Below, piece by piece: positions 1 through 12,667 of a stretch of DNA of 64,000 bases (its first letter is position 1; every line of letters starts with the position of its first letter). Source of the stretch: Euglena gracilis (lineage: Eukaryota); the NCBI GenBank assembly GCA_039621445.1, contig CP154954.1, forward strand, positions 41,843,572 through 41,907,571. Reading direction: 5' to 3'. The notes beneath the pieces were generated by a model that was not told the origin of the DNA, did no database searches, and saw nothing but the letters and a program-made list of their open reading frames with translations. A program made the translations under genes and the position numbers.

Positions 1-168
1 ACGCTCCAATTTCCTGTTGATTTTCCCAGGTCAATGCTGGTCGGCAGCAAGCCAACCACAATGCACGCAGCCAGAGCTCACAAGAGCACCCAAGAGCACA
101 CACAAGCACCCTATAGCACCCATCCGACCCCCCCCCCCCCGGGGGTAGATGTTCCCCTGGGCTCCTGT

Positions 169-240
169 CATGCTTGTGCTTACCGACCGGGGGGTGGGGG
201 TGCCATAGGGTGCCTGCCTTTAGCAGGCACCCCCCCCCCC
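169..240 (+). mobile_element. Left end of a second copy of the 54151 hAT MITE family
   Basis: catgcttgtgcttaccgaccggggg...atagggtgcctgcc shared with 54151-54205; right TIR not found. Confidence 0.75.
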
Positions 241-3200
241 GGGGGGGGGTCCGTGGGGGACGCAGAAAATTTTCATTGAAAATGGCCTTTTCCAGGCCCC
301 CGGCGCCGAGGTCGGGGGGGGGGAGTACCTGGTATGGGCAGGCACCCCCAAGAATCCTCCGAGGCGGGAGGATTTGAATTGGACACGGCAACCACGTGCC
401 CATCCATTCCCAGGGTCGCGTGCACAGCCAAAAGGACGGGTAAAAGGAAGCGGAATTGTTGAGGGTTTTCATTTTGACCCCCCGTGTTTGGGCAGTTCTC
501 TGAAAAAGATGCGGGAGAAAATAATCTGGGAGAAAGTTGCAGCTTCAAGGACCTTTTCTCACCTCTTTTGAACAAATTCTGGGAGCCGGAGTTTTTTCAG
601 GAGTCCCAATACCCGGTGATTTTGCAAAAAAAAATCCACCATTTGTCCACCGGAAATTTGTTTGGACCCCTCCTGCAAGCCATGGTCTGGTGGGCGCTGC
701 GGGCAGCATCGGTGAAAACGTGGAGCCCGCCTCCGTGAAGTTCAGCGGCAGCACCCCCAAGGATTTGTGAGCGGCTGGCCCGCTGTGTTTCCGCATTTCA
801 CTTTCAACCCGCTGTCTTTCACACTCGGCTTTTCCACGCCTTTCTGGAGACCAACCACCAAGTGAGTTTTCCAGTGGTGTGCATTTTCCACACGGTTGTT
901 TGCAGTTGTGTGGTTTGGAAGCGCTGACAAAAGCCCCAACTGCTTTGGGGCAGGGTGGGGAGGCTCAACAGGAGCATATGTGCGGGTCAGCGGTCAGGCC
1001 AAGAAGAGGGAAAAGAGCCAGAGAGAGGCATCACAAGCACATCAGGATTTGTAAAAGGAGTTTGGGTCCCCTGCCCCAGGACACACTGGCAAACGTTCTT
1101 TATGATGTTTGCTCTTATTCCTGGGAAGATACTGGCAGTCCGAAGTTCAGTGGCATCACCCCCAAAAGATTCAGTTGGCCTCAGAGCATTGGTTTTGTAC
1201 AGGGGGAGGGGGTATGGCCCAGTATTGCTGTTTAAGGCAACAGATTTTTTAAAAAAAGATTAAGGCTTTTGAAGGCGCTATTTTCCAGCGCGGTTTCAGA
1301 GCTGTCCCAGTCATCAAGCCAATGCTTTTTGGTTTTGTGTGTGGTCCAAAATCAAAAAGTCATTTTTTAAGTTTTGGTTGGAAAGGCAATGATGTTTCAG
1401 GGGTGCGGAAGTAATTTAACTTCCTGCAGCCTGTTTTTTTTGCCGAGATTTTCTGTGTACATTTTTGCTCAGTTGGATCTCATTTTTCCTGTCAGAATTC
1501 TTAAACAGCATTTTCAGGGATTTGGGTTAAAGTCTTTCAGGCGCATTTGAAGGCATTTTAATGTTTGTTTCAAGGCGCGTTAATAAATAATAACGATTGG
1601 GACCCCACCAAGGGGTGCCTGTGTCCGACCTGGGTGCTTTAAGCGACTGAGTTATTTTTTGGCTCCAGAACCCCCCCAAATTCTCCAGCGTTTTGCGCCA
1701 GGGGGTGACTTTCCACTTTCAAAGCACCAGTCAATCATTTTTCAAAAATAAAAAGTCACCCACTTCCACCCCTCCGCCTGGGAGGAAAGTGCCAATTGTC
1801 TGGTCGGACCCCCCCGGATCATTTTTCTTCTCTGGCACTTCATGTCACAAAATGCATGTTTTTTTGTCATCTGTTTTCGTCAATTTGAAAGTCATCCGAA
1901 AATGCAATTTTGGGCATTTATTGAAGCCCCTGAAAAAATTTCCTGCGCTCCCCCCCCCCCCAACCGCTTTGGGGGCAGGTGGGTGGGGTCGACCCCCCCC
2001 ACCCTGCATCTGCATGGTGGGCGGGGTCCCCCATCACCTCTTCCCATTGTTCCGGAAGCACCAATTTTTGCACCCCCAAAATTTTTTCCCAGCGCTTTCG
2101 GCAGTGGGTGTGTTTCGACCCATTTTGGGGCCCACATGGGAGGTCCCCCCAAACCCCATTTTTTCACACTTTCCAAAATTTCAACATTTTCTCAAAATTT
2201 TGATTTTGAGAGGTTTTTGAAGCAAAAAAAATGCCATTGAAAACCCAAAAAATTCCCAGAGAAATAATTTCAGTGAAATTTAATTGTGCCAAAATTTGGT
2301 CAAAAATTTTTGAGTTTTGTTTCCCGGGTGGGGGTCGACCCCGCCCCACCCGGGAGGTGGGGGGTGGGTCGACCCCTGGACCCCACCACCCTTTCCTTTT
2401 TTCCCAGTGTCGCTGATTTATGGACTGAAACTCTCCCGAAAGTGGAAATGGAAATTTTTTTGTGCCAGAAAGATGGGGTTTGTGTGTGGCCCCCCAAGCG
2501 ACCCTGGCCGTCGGGGCAAGGGCACCTGAGGTGTGGAGAGGGGGGTCTCCCTTCTGGGCTGAACGATGGGGTTCATCCAGCGGGACACCCAAAAGGTCAG
2601 TTTTTGGCGGTTGGTCGCCTTGCGCTGAAAATTTTGGCATTTTTTCCCCCGAAAAGCTTTTTTGGCAAATTTGGGGGCAAAAGTTTTCGGCCCGGCGCTT
2701 CGCCTCGCTGAAAATCGTTCACCCACCAGCCATTGCACAGGAGGGGGTTGCTGTCCTGCCATACTGGACCGGGGGGGTCCTAAAAACAGCCAGGCAAGAA
2801 GAAGGGATAAAAGGCACCAAACAAACAGCCACAGTGCACACAGGGGGGCCTCCCCTGTCTTCGAACACCTCTACAACCACAGGCTGACAGGCAACCGGCC
2901 AGGGGCCAGAGTATTTGCAAGAAGAGGTTGGGACACCCCACCCCAGGACACACTGGCAAACGTTCTCATAATGTTTGCTCTTATTCCTGGGAAGATGTTG
3001 CAACGCCAACCATATTTTGACCTCTTCTGATCACCCAAATGATGCCCACCCTCCACCACATGGGGATTCTTCATGGTTCGACAGGGACAACCCGCACCTA
3101 AAGTCTGGACCCAGACCATGGATTCATTTTAGAGACCCCAGACCCACCCACCCACCCATTTTTTTTCCCCCCCCCCCCCCCCGGTGAACCCATCAAGACA

Positions 3201-4077
3201 GACCTTTTTTGTATCAGACCCCTCCAGGCAGGCACGTCGTGGCTGATTCCATCTGCTGGCGTTGTGCATCCTTTTTGTCTCCCAATTTCGCGTGAGGCAC
3301 GTTCCTATAAAAGCCTCGTGTATTGTTCTGAAGTTGTTCGCTGTTCACATGTGGATTCAAAGTGCATAAGAGCACAGTTGACATGTTGATACACTGCTTT
3401 TTTTTGCGTTTTCCTCTGGAAAAGGCATGATTTTTTTTTTGAAGAATTCCCTTGAGGGAATTGAACGAACTGAACAGCAGCGACCTGCTGAGCTGCTCAT
3501 TGCACGGGATGGGCGGTATAATTGGGGACCCGGAGCTTGGCCAGCCCTCTTCTTGCCGGTTCGACTGACTCCCTGTTCCTCCTCGTTTCAGGAGATGGCC
3601 ACCCGCATTGCTGGCAAATCCAGCTTATTGTGCAGTTGTTTTGTTTCGTCAGACCATATATTAGTGTTTCGGGTTGTCCATCCCAACCTCTTTGGGGAGT
3701 GTGATTGACTGATTTTTGGCTCTAGACCATGCCATTGTTTAAGCTGTGCCTGACCCCACCCTCTGGGGGGGGGGGTGACTGGCTGGTTTTTCGGAGTGAC
3801 TGGCTGGTTTTTGGCTCCAGACCCCCCCCCCCCCCCGCGGGGGTTGGCGTCGACCAGGATTTGCCAAAGGCGCCGCAAAATTTTTGGACTCTTGACCAAC
3901 ATCTTTTTTTCCATTTTTTGTTTCAATTTTCTTTTCGTTTCGCCGACTGGACAAAGTGACCGACCCCCCCGTGTTGATGAGCAATGGTGTGCTCCAGACC
4001 CCCCGAAAGGTGGAAAGTGCCCACCAGACGCTTTTTTAAATATTGGCTAATATCCATTGGTTTTTGGATGACTGGCC

Positions 4078-4329
4078 AAGGTGATCGACCTGGCGACTGG
4101 GGCGGGGTGGCCACGGTGGTGAGGGCATCCCCACGCGGGACAACAGGAGGGGTGGCCGCAGTGCTCAGCCAGCATCCAAGGCAATCGTTGTCCTCCCTCG
4201 CTAACCTATATCTGGGAGGCAGGAAGGAGGTGACTGTGACACCGAAGCATTCACAGCTTGAGGAAAGAATGGAGTTTAGGTTCCGGGCGACAGGTGGAGG
4301 GGTGGTTGAAAGTGAGCATGAACCCCGAC
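4078..4329 (-). CDS. Candidate exon left of the DIRS cluster
   Basis: 252-bp open segment bounded by CCCTG-caact| and |ggc-CAGTC, the same intron geometry. Confidence 0.4.
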
Positions 4330-5562
4330 AGTTGCAGGGTTTTGGCTGTATTTTGGCTTTTTTATTTCCGGCACAAAGCCCTGACAATTTTTGATATGAC
4401 CCCCAAAAGTGGGTCCCGCAGACATAGATTCATTTATCACCGTGACCCACCCCCCACCCGGGTGTGTGCCCCCCATCCTGGCGGCAGGGGGTCCGACCAC
4501 CCCAAGCCTTCCCGCATTCCAGGGGCGCCGATTTTTAGGTCCAAACTTGCTTTCGGTGCGAAGGAAATTTCTATGAGCGGGTCCCATGGTGCCCTCCCCC
4601 ACACTCCGGGTCCAACCCCCTGGGGGGGTCACCAAGTGAATCGATGCCCCAGCCCCCTCCTGAGAGGGACACCAACACACAGAGGTCATATTCACCACCT
4701 GCATCTGTCTGTGGAGTTGCATTGTCTATCCCTTGATTGACTGGCTTCCCCATGAGAGCTGCCTGTGTGAGCCAGGGAACAGCTTCCTTTTTGCAGACTT
4801 TTGTGTGTGCAAAATTTTCAGAGTTTCAACAGAGTGCTGGTGGCCGAGAAGGGGTTCCCTACGGGCCATGACGAGAAATCGCCAATGGTGCAGTTGATTG
4901 TGGCATATCGCAGGGGGGGAGAAAATTGCACGTGCAATTTTTGCAGTTTTGTGCAATTTTCGATTTTCCTGAAATGTGCAATTTTTTTGCAATTTTGTGC
5001 AATTAATTGCACATGGTCCAGGACATTTTGTTTTGGAAAATGTCAGTTTTTGATACAATTGAGAACTTACCGGGGTTTGTTTGCTAGGAAACTGGTGTGC
5101 GTAGTGAAAATTTCTGTTCAAAGGCTGTTTATTGTTGGTCTACTCAGTGTGCAAACCGATAATTGAATGACTTAAGCATGACAAGTATGAAATGTGGTGC
5201 TTTCCCCTGGATGATGAACAAATTTAGGATGAATGGAGTAAGCACTGCCAACGCATATTGTCACTGATTGTGTTGCAATTTTTGTGGCGAACCGACCGGG
5301 TAAATTGGCAGAATATGCGGCCGGTCTAGTTTCTGGCATGGCTTTCTGGTATGTGTAATTTTGTGCGATTTTTTTGCACTGCAATTTTTTGTGCAATCCC
5401 CCCCCCCCGCATGTCGCCCTTTGCTCTTCGGTTAGTGAGAGAGAGAGAGATAAAGAAAATGGACAGACCATTCCGCGACATTGTGTTTCGGGAAAAGAGC
5501 GTGGGAAACCACAAATCGCGCCCTTCTATTTTTTTGAATTCACAGCAGGAGGGCGGAGAAAA

Positions 5563-5718
5563 CTCGGACTCCCACGACAGAGGTAGGGGGAGGAAGGGAC
5601 CAAGAGGGCGAAGCACAAGAAGATGGTGAGGTCCTGCTTTCTTTGCCGGCTGCTCTGTTCTGGTGTTTGTGCGTGCGCGGGGGGTGCTTCTTAATGCTTT
5701 TTGTTGCCGGAGTTGGCG
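5563..5718. repeat. Copy A right ITR plus right extension
   Basis: Inner part is the reverse complement of the left ITR; outer part is the reverse complement of the first half of the ICR. Confidence 0.9.
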
Positions 5719-5928
5719 ATGTTGAGGCCTCCTCCGACACCTTGGCGACGCTGAACCGTCGTGGCCATTCCCCCCCCCTCTCCCTTGGTCGCTTGGTGGG
5801 CCCCCCCCCCCTTGATGGGGATGGTGGTCTCTTTCTGTGTTGCTGGGTGGGTGGTTGGGGCTGCCTGGTCCCCTTTCTGGTTGGGATGTTTTTCTTTTTC
5901 TGCCGATTTTTTGGGCGGGAGGGTTGGG

Positions 5929-6030
5929 CTCACCATCTTCTTGTGCTTCGCCCTCTTGGTCCCTTCCTCCCCCTTCCTCTGTCGTGGGAGTCCGAGACCA
6001 TTCGGGCTCCGCACTGCGAGATGGTGAGGT
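5929..6030. repeat. Copy A ICR, encoding the circle junction gggagtcc-GAG-accattcggg
   Basis: Joins the two element ends around GAG at 5994-5996. Confidence 0.92.
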
Positions 6031-6979
6031 ATTGTGCACCCCCCTTTGGGCCATGATATTTTGGAATTTTGAAACGACACCCAGCCTCAAATAATGAGCT
6101 TGGAAGGCCCCAAAATTTTTCCACTGACCCAGTTGCTGGACTTCTTCCACTTGCAAACCAGCATTTTTCCACCATACAAACCCCCGCCCCTCTGGTGCTG
6201 TGGGGTTTCCAGTGGGTGGTGTCCACCCCCCCCCTCTTGCAGAATTTCTCTGGTCAGGGAATTCACCCTTTCTGATGTCAAAGGTCTTTTACCATCCAAA
6301 GACCATAACAAATTATTTTTGTGTCCAATCATGTGGGCTGTCCTTTCCACATACTCTTTCAATAAATGCCAGGGGCTGATGAGGGGGGTGTGTGTGGCAA
6401 ATTCAATACTTCTTCCCATCTTGGGAATTGCCACCCTTTCCTTTGCAATAAAATAAAAAATTTTTCTCCCACAAAACTGATTTTTCGCTGTGTCCTGGCT
6501 AGATCAACCCCCCTGTGGAGGGCCAAAAGCCTCCAACAGATGATGAGTCTGTTTCTGAGCTCTTTCACAGATAGGTCTGAGAGGGGTGTGGAATTCCTCA
6601 TGATGTTTTCTAGGAAATCAGTGGGGTCCCAAAAGTGGGCATACTTGCAGACATTGGCATTCCACTTCCTTTTCAATGGAGCCAGAAGAGGTGAAAATCT
6701 CAAAGACCCAAACCCTGGGAGTAACAATGCTGCTGCATATGCATTTCGTGCAGTATTGGTGCTATGAACAGCAAGATCAAGGATGGCTTCAGCCATCTTG
6801 TGGACTGTGCAATCCTGCAGGGGCACCCCTTTGTGCAATAATTGGCCCACCAATGCCCTGAAGGCTGAGTCATATCTTTTGACATTTCCCAGATTTTTTA
6901 TGTAAGTGTCGATACTGGACACCGAAACTTCCTGGGATTGTAATATTTGCCTGACACAATCAAGCAGGCCAAATTCCAC
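5930..6979 (-). pseudogene. Tyrosine recombinase of copy A (frameshifted)
   Basis: ORFs 6359..6979, 6087..6434, 5930..6226 and 5326..6156 together supply R, K, HxxR, W and Y catalytic positions. Confidence 0.9.
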
Positions 6980-9682
6980 CTTGGGGGGGGGGCATCTCCT
7001 CCCCCCAGCAGTTGGTGAACAGACCCCATTGGGGGGGTACCAGCAAAACTCTGCTGCCTGGCTGCCTGATTGACATTAATTGGCGCCACCATGATGTCGA
7101 AGCCCAGTGGGGTACGATCAACAGACAATGCAGGTCTGGGTTTAACATTAATCTCTGAACCCATTGGGGAATGATGCTCCAGGGGGGGTTTGCATAAAAT
7201 GGGGGGAGACCCCTTAAATCTGCCCTCAAGGCATCCACCAGCAAAGCCCCTTGGTGGGGGTGTCGACAAACAAACTTGGGGAATTTTTTGTTGCTGGGTG
7301 TGCAAAACATGTCCACCTCTGGGGATATGTCTTTTCTGAAAAATTGAACAATTTGGTGAAAGATGTTCAGGTTTAGGGTATAATCCCCTGGGTCCTTTTG
7401 TTCTCTGGTCAAGGAGTCTGCCAATTGCTCCTTTGTGGGAACCCAAACCACCTGCAAGTTGATTTGCTTTTCTTGGCAATGATACAGCAGGGGTTTTAAG
7501 ATGGAATTTAAATATGGCTTTCTGCCTCCCCATTTTGTTAAATAACTCACAGCCACCTGGCTGTCCACATGAAGCACAATTGTTTGTTTTGGTTTGGCCA
7601 GTGCTTTGACAGTTTCCACTGCAGCTTGCAATTCTTTTTGATTGATATGAAGGACATGCAGGTCCCTCCAAAAATCCTGCACCTTTTGGCCTGAAGCCTT
7701 GTCCAGCCCCCCCCACTGCCAGGTGCTGCTGTCTGAAAAGAGATTCTGAGTGGCCTGGGATTGAAATGCCCTGCCAACCCCTGGCTGCAAAAATGCCTTT
7801 AATTCCACAATTTGATCCTTGACCCCCTGGGGAATGGTTAGGGTGTGGTCCCAACCCCACTTTGTGTGCAGGTCCACCATTTTGCAAAGTTGATCTGTCA
7901 GAATTCTGAGAAATGGCATTTAGACTAAATAGCTTCTGACTTGACCCACAATCGAACTGAGTTTTCTGCAGCTCATTTTTTGTGCTGTGAGCACCTTGCC
8001 TAGCTCCTTTCTGAGGGATTTCAGCTTTTCTTGAGGAATTTCTAATTGGCCTTTTTTCAGATTGATCCACTGGCCCAAATGTTTTATTTCCTGTGTTGGT
8101 TCCAGACAGGATTTGGGGAGGTTTAATCTGAAACCTGCCAACAAAAGGTCTCTTTTTACCTCTGCCAAATTTTGGGCTGCTGTCTTTTTGCTGGGGGCTA
8201 GCAGCAAAATGTCGTCCAGGTAGATGAAAACTACCTTTCCCTCCTTTCTCCACTTCCTTTCCCAGACTCTCATGAGAGTCATAAACTTTTGTGGCAGGCT
8301 GCTGATGCCGAAGCATGCAGCCTGAAACTGCCACGTTTCCCCCCCACCTGCATGCAAACATGTTTTTCCAGGCTGCTGTGCAGCTTTAGGTGAAAATAAG
8401 CATCTTTCAGATCGATTTTTCCACAGAACCAACCCTTTTTAAAATATGGGAAAATGTTTCCCATGTGTTCCAGTCTGAACTTCTGGGGGGTGAAGTGGAG
8501 ATTTAATTGTCGACAATCTGAGATTAATCTTTCTTTTGTCTTTTCCCCCTCTTTTTTGGAAATGATGAAATAAGGGACAAAATGTTTTGCCTCCTCTGGG
8601 GGGATTTGCCTGGTTGCCCCTGCACATTCGTATTCCCTCAGAATTTTTTGGGCAGTCATTATTTCTTGGGGTGTCTTGAAGGGAACTTTTAATGACATCT
8701 GAGGGGGGAGGGGGAGATCTGCCATAACCCCTTCCCTTATCAGGTTTAATACCTCTCTGGTGGCTCCTGCCTTGACCCAATGGGGGATACTGGCCTGCAG
8801 GGCCTTGTAGGGGGGCACCCCTGGGTGTAATGTATCTGGGGATTCCACAGGCCCCATCACAGGGGCCCTTCCCCTGGGCTGCCCCATCACTGGGGGCCCC
8901 TCTGGGTGCCCCATCACTGGGGCTGCAGCTGGCCCTGCCATAGGGCTTCTCAAAGACAGGCTTTCCCCTTGTTTTGGAATGATGGGGGAAGGTCTGTGGT
9001 GGGGTGGTACATATAATGCTGGGCTGATTATCTTCTGGGGGGGGCCTGCCTGAGCCAATCTTGGGCCTCCCCCCCAAGGGCTGATGTGGTCTTGATGGTT
9101 TTGGCCACCACTTGCCTTCAGGGCCCTTTGGCATCCAGAGGCACTCAGGCCTGCTTGGCCCCCATTGGCCTTTTCTCCAGGACTTCTCTGTCCATTTGCC
9201 TCCATCTGGCTGCCAGTGGCACACAGGCCTGCTTGGCCTCCATTGGCCTTCTTTCCAGGAATTTCTCTTCTTTCGTCCTTCTGTGTTCCCAGTATAGGCC
9301 ACCATGGCCTGTATTTGGCATTGGCTTGCTGCTCCTGGGAGGTTTGTGTCTGAAATTGCTGGGGGAAAAGTTGGACATACCTTTCCCCAATGGGATCTTT
9401 CCAGGCTGGGGTACTGGCTGCCATAGCCTTGCCCCTGGGCCCACTGCCCTCTTGAATAATGGCTGCCATAGCCTTGATTCTGGGCCCCAGGCCCTGTTGA
9501 ATGATGGCTGCCATAGCCTTGATTTTGATTTGAATCCTTTGGATTTCTGATCTCCCTTGAGAGGCTGCCATAGCCTGTGCTTCTTCCCCTGGAAGGGGAG
9601 GAACTGAGAAAAAGGGGTGGAGTCTGTTGGACCTGTGATGGTAGTCTCCCTGTGTATTCTCTTCCTGACCACAGTTGTCCAT
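6960..9682 (-). pseudogene. pol of copy A: reverse transcriptase, RNase H, DNA N6-adenine methyltransferase
   Basis: ORFs 8279..9682, 7920..8432 and 6960..7919; RLISDCRQLN, YLDD, FSDSS/HINQKEL/VDSQ/LADSLTR, DMFCT...YANPPW; in-frame TAA at 7920-7922. Confidence 0.93.
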
Positions 9683-10182
9683 GGTCCATGGCCATCATTT
9701 TGAGTGGGGGAGTCTGAAATCTTTGATTTGCTGGGGGGTGGGGGGGTTGCGATGGCCACGGACTGACGTGCTGCTGCCGCCTCATCTCCTTCTGCAGCTG
9801 CCGCTGTGACTTCACCTTCCCCAGCTTCAGTTGACTTCTTGGAAGTTCTTTGCAGTTCTTCTTGAAATTCAGAGTTTCTTTGAAATTCATTCTTCATGGA
9901 AGTCCTTTGTTGATATCTGTGTTTCTGTTCTTTGAATTTCTTGTTCCAGTTGAACTCGAGGCGTTGAATTCTTCCTTCAGGAAGTTGAAGTTCCGAAGAA
10001 AGTTCGGTCCACCAGTTGGTAAAAGTATTGGTTCTCGGGAAGGTAGTACTCCTCGAAAAGCAATTCCACTTGAACTCGTAGCAGTAAAACTCTTTCTCCT
10101 TGAGGTCGAAGGGCAGAATTAGGATCAGCCAACTCCGGCAACAAAAAGCAGTAAGAAGCACCCCCCGCGCACGCACAAACAC
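9145..10182 (-). CDS. gag-like ORF1 of copy A
   Basis: First ORF after the left ITR; DGHGPWxTV motif shared with copies B and E. Confidence 0.65.
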   Translation of the reverse strand: MFVRARGVLLTAFCCRSWLILILPFDLKEKEFYCYEFKWNCFSRSTTFPRTNTFTNWWTELSSELQLPEGRIQRLEFNWNKKFKEQKHRYQQRTSMKNEFQRNSEFQEELQRTSKKSTEAGEGEVTAAAAEGDEAAAARQSVAIATPPPPSKSKISDSPTQNDGHGPWTTVVRKRIHRETTITGPTDSTPFSQFLPFQGKKHRLWQPLKGDQKSKGFKSKSRLWQPSFNRAWGPESRLWQPLFKRAVGPGARLWQPVPQPGKIPLGKGMSNFSPSNFRHKPPRSSKPMPNTGHGGLYWEHRRTKEEKFLERRPMEAKQACVPLAARWRQMDREVLEKRPMGAKQA

Positions 10183-10249
10183 CAGAACAGAGCAGCCGGC
10201 AAAGAAAGCAGGACCTCACCATCTCGCAGTGCGGAGCCCGAATGGTCAC
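10128..10249. repeat. Copy A left ITR plus left extension
   Basis: Inverted match to the right ITR; outer part matches the second half of the ICR. Confidence 0.9.
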
Positions 10250-10453
10250 ATTTGAGACAACTTCAGGGAACCCCATACGTTCCAAGCGGCACCATTTTTG
10301 ACCAGAGCAAAAATCAAGCATGTGTCCCAAAGTTTTTTTGGGGGAAAGCCTCGTACTCCCTCGAGGAAAACCGACAAGGGGGGAGGGACACCGAGGGCGA
10401 AACACAAAGACCTTGTGAGGCCATGCCTTGCTCGCCGGCGGTGTTGTTTGGAT

Positions 10454-10788
10454 TGTTTACACGTTGGTTGTCACGACCCGCCGTTGGACGGCCACGGGGC
10501 AGCTCATACTGCTTGCCGTGGCACGCCCTCAGACGGGGAACTACACCCAAGGTCCGGCCAACCAGTGTCTCGTCCTTGGGCGCAGTTACGCGCGCCGGTC
10601 GATCCCCGCGGTATGCCCTCTGCCCGTACGGGATCGACCAGGACTCACACGGCGGGACCTTGGTCTCGAACCCACGACCTCCCGCGTGCGAGCCCAGCAC
10701 CTTACCGAATAAGCTACTCGAGCGATACTCGGCTTGGTACTACGCGCCGGCTACCAACCTCCGTAGGATCTCCCGTCTGCCGCACACA
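10454..10788 (-). repeat. TRIM 3' LTR
   Basis: Direct repeat of 11146-11480; preceded immediately by the PPT on the minus strand. Confidence 0.93.
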
Positions 10789-10798
10789 CTCCCCTCCC
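10789..10798 (-). promoter_or_regulatory. Polypurine tract
   Basis: GGGAGGGGAG directly upstream of the 3' LTR. Confidence 0.8.
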
Positions 10799-11127
10799 AA
10801 GAGCCTTACTACACTAGCCCACTGCGTCACTATGGCCGTGGCCCCTGCAGCTCGGGTTATGCCTCACACGGCCCTAGTTGGCTGAGTGCTTCTCACGAGT
10901 ACTGCGTCACCAGGCTGCCGACCCCTGCAGCTCGGGTTTGCTATTGCCGGCAGTTTACGTGTTGTCGACTTCCACGGGCTCTGCCGCCTTGGAGCGTCCC
11001 CCTTTGCATCGGCTTGAGACTTTGGAACGGTGTAGGAGTTTCAGTCGCCCTAGACTCGGCGCGTCCGCCTCCGCCTTCCGGGCGCCGTGGGGTCAGGCTC
11101 TGATTTCCCGGTTCGTGTGGCATTGGA

Positions 11128-11145
11128 CGGGTTCCCCTGCTACCA
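11128..11145 (-). promoter_or_regulatory. Primer-binding site, initiator tRNA-Met-like
   Basis: Minus strand reads TGGTAGCAGGGGAACCCG directly after the LTR; TGGTAGCAG is complementary to the ...CTGCTACCA 3' end of many eukaryotic tRNA-iMet. Confidence 0.8.
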
Positions 11146-11480
11146 TGTTTACACGTTGGTTGTCACCACCCGCCGTTGGACGGCCACGGGGCAGCTCATA
11201 CTGCTTGCCGTGGCACGCCCTCAGGCGGGGAACTACACCCAAGGTCCGGCCAACCAGTGTCTCGTCCTTGGGCGCAGTTACGCGCGCCGGTCGATCCCCG
11301 CGGTATGTCCTCTGCCCGTACGGGATCGACCAGGACTCACACGGCGGGACCTGGGTCTCGAACCCACGACCTCCCGCGTGCGAGCCCAGCACCTTACCGA
11401 ATAAGCTACTCGAGCGATACTCGGCTTGGTACTACGCGCCGGCTACCAACCTCCGTAGGATCTCCCGTCTGCCGCACACA
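11146..11480 (-). repeat. TRIM 5' LTR
   Basis: Direct repeat of 10454-10788; followed immediately by the PBS on the minus strand. Confidence 0.93.
11343..11415 (-). promoter_or_regulatory. tRNA-derived Pol III internal promoter in the 5' LTR (second copy at 10651-10723)
   Basis: A box TAGCTTATTCGG and B box GGTTCGAGACC at tRNA spacing; D and T arms pair, anticodon and acceptor stems are decayed; anticodon position CGC. Confidence 0.8.
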
Positions 11481-12667
11481 ATTGTTTGCTGTGTTGTTTG
11501 GATTGTTTGCTGCGTGACTTCTTGCCCCTTGGGGGGTCCCCCCCCTCTCCCCCCCTGGCCCCCACTCTCTGACCAAGGGCTCTTGAACACACATTTTCTT
11601 TTACAGGTGGGGGGGTCGGGCTCACAAGGTCTTTGTGCTTCGTCCTCGGTGTCCCTTCCTCCCTTGTCGGTTTTCCTCGAGGGAGTACGAGACACCTCGG
11701 GCTCCGCACTTTGCCCTTGTGAGGCCTGATTGTGCACTGAAATTAAGAGGGCCAGGGCATTTTCCAGGGCACCTTGGGCACCAAGTCTTTGATAATGGGC
11801 TGTAAAAGCCTCCACCCCCTCCACTGACCAAATTCACAAACTTCTTGGGCAGAAAGGCCGAATTTTTTGAGTAAACCAACTCCTGCCCCTCTGGTGGAGT
11901 GGGCCCCCCACACCTGGGGGGTTACCCAATGTTTGGCCAAAAAATTTTTTGTGATAGAAGCAATGGTGTCTGCACTTATGGCTCTGAAAGGGGGTTTTAA
12001 TGAAATCAGGAGGAGGCCCCCAGGTCTCACGAATAAACGTGTGGCAGCCACATAACCCATCATTAAATGAAAAGGGCTTATTTGTGGGCACTGGGGTATG
12101 GACACAAATCTTTCCCACTTGTGGAATTTTTGGCCCTTACGTTCAATTTTGATGTAGGGTGCCCTACCCAACACACTGGTGGTTCGTTTGACTTGTGCCA
12201 GGTCGGAAGATCTGTATAAACAGAGGATTCGTGAGCAAAAGATCAGTTGTGTGCGCAATGTACAACTATCAGTGGGCAAAGGGACCTTGCTAGCCACAGG
12301 AGGATTGGGAGTGGATCCCAAAATGCCCCATACTTTTCCAGGTTCTGGTTCCAAAGCCTCTTGTAGGGAGTTAACAGGGTGTGGAATCTCAGCCCACCAA
12401 ACCCAGGAATCAACAGCATAGCACTATATGCATCACGGGCTTGGGCCTTGGAAAATTGGAATAATTGAATTAAAGCGTCAGCCACTTGGTCTGTGGTGGC
12501 TTCAGGGGGGGCACCCCCATGTGTTCCAAAATGACCCACAGAAGTGCAAAAGCACTCTGATAACGCTTTAGGCTGGGGTTTCTCCCCAAGAAACCGTTAA
12601 TGGTCTGAACCTGAATTTGTTTCCCCTCCAAAATTTGCCTGAGCAAATCATGCAAAACAGGGGCCAC
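11432..12667 (-). pseudogene. Tyrosine recombinase of copy B (frameshifted)
   Basis: LYRSSDLA, ERKG, HSTRG, FGQW, FTAHY across ORFs 12470..12667, 12243..12539, 11743..12354, 11432..11824. Confidence 0.9.

Larger units (their letters stand above)
5563..10249 (-). mobile_element. DIRS1-like YR retrotransposon, copy A (family 1), full length, with frameshifts and one nonsense codon
   Basis: gag-like, RT (IDLKDAYFH, IYLDDILL), RNase H, MTase (YANPPW) and YR (HRGVDLA, HSTRG, LGQW, AHY) in DIRS order; ITRs at 5563-5718 and 10128-10249; ICR at 5929-6030. Confidence 0.95.
10454..11480 (-). mobile_element. Non-autonomous LTR retrotransposon (TRIM), 1027 bp
   Basis: Two 335-bp TG...CA direct repeats with 4 differences by eye, 357-bp interior, PBS and polypurine tract abutting the LTRs. 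Confidence 0.93.

Noticed and set aside
960-3000. LTR pair formed by 1048-1130 and 2915-2998
   Set aside because: Short diverged match with no TG...CA ends, PBS or PPT; treated as dispersed repeat fragments
10651-10723. Functional tRNA-Ala(CGC) gene (also 11343-11415)
   Set aside because: Acceptor and anticodon stems do not pair and it lies inside an LTR; kept only as a tRNA-derived promoter
10449-11485. Clean 5-bp TSD for the TRIM
   Set aside because: ATTGT is on the right, but the left copy overlaps the LTR start; it would need a 3-bp deletion, so it is not claimed
10252-11729. 283-aa plus-strand ORFs over the TRIM
   Set aside because: Antisense to the element, GC-rich, cross element boundaries, no recognisable domain
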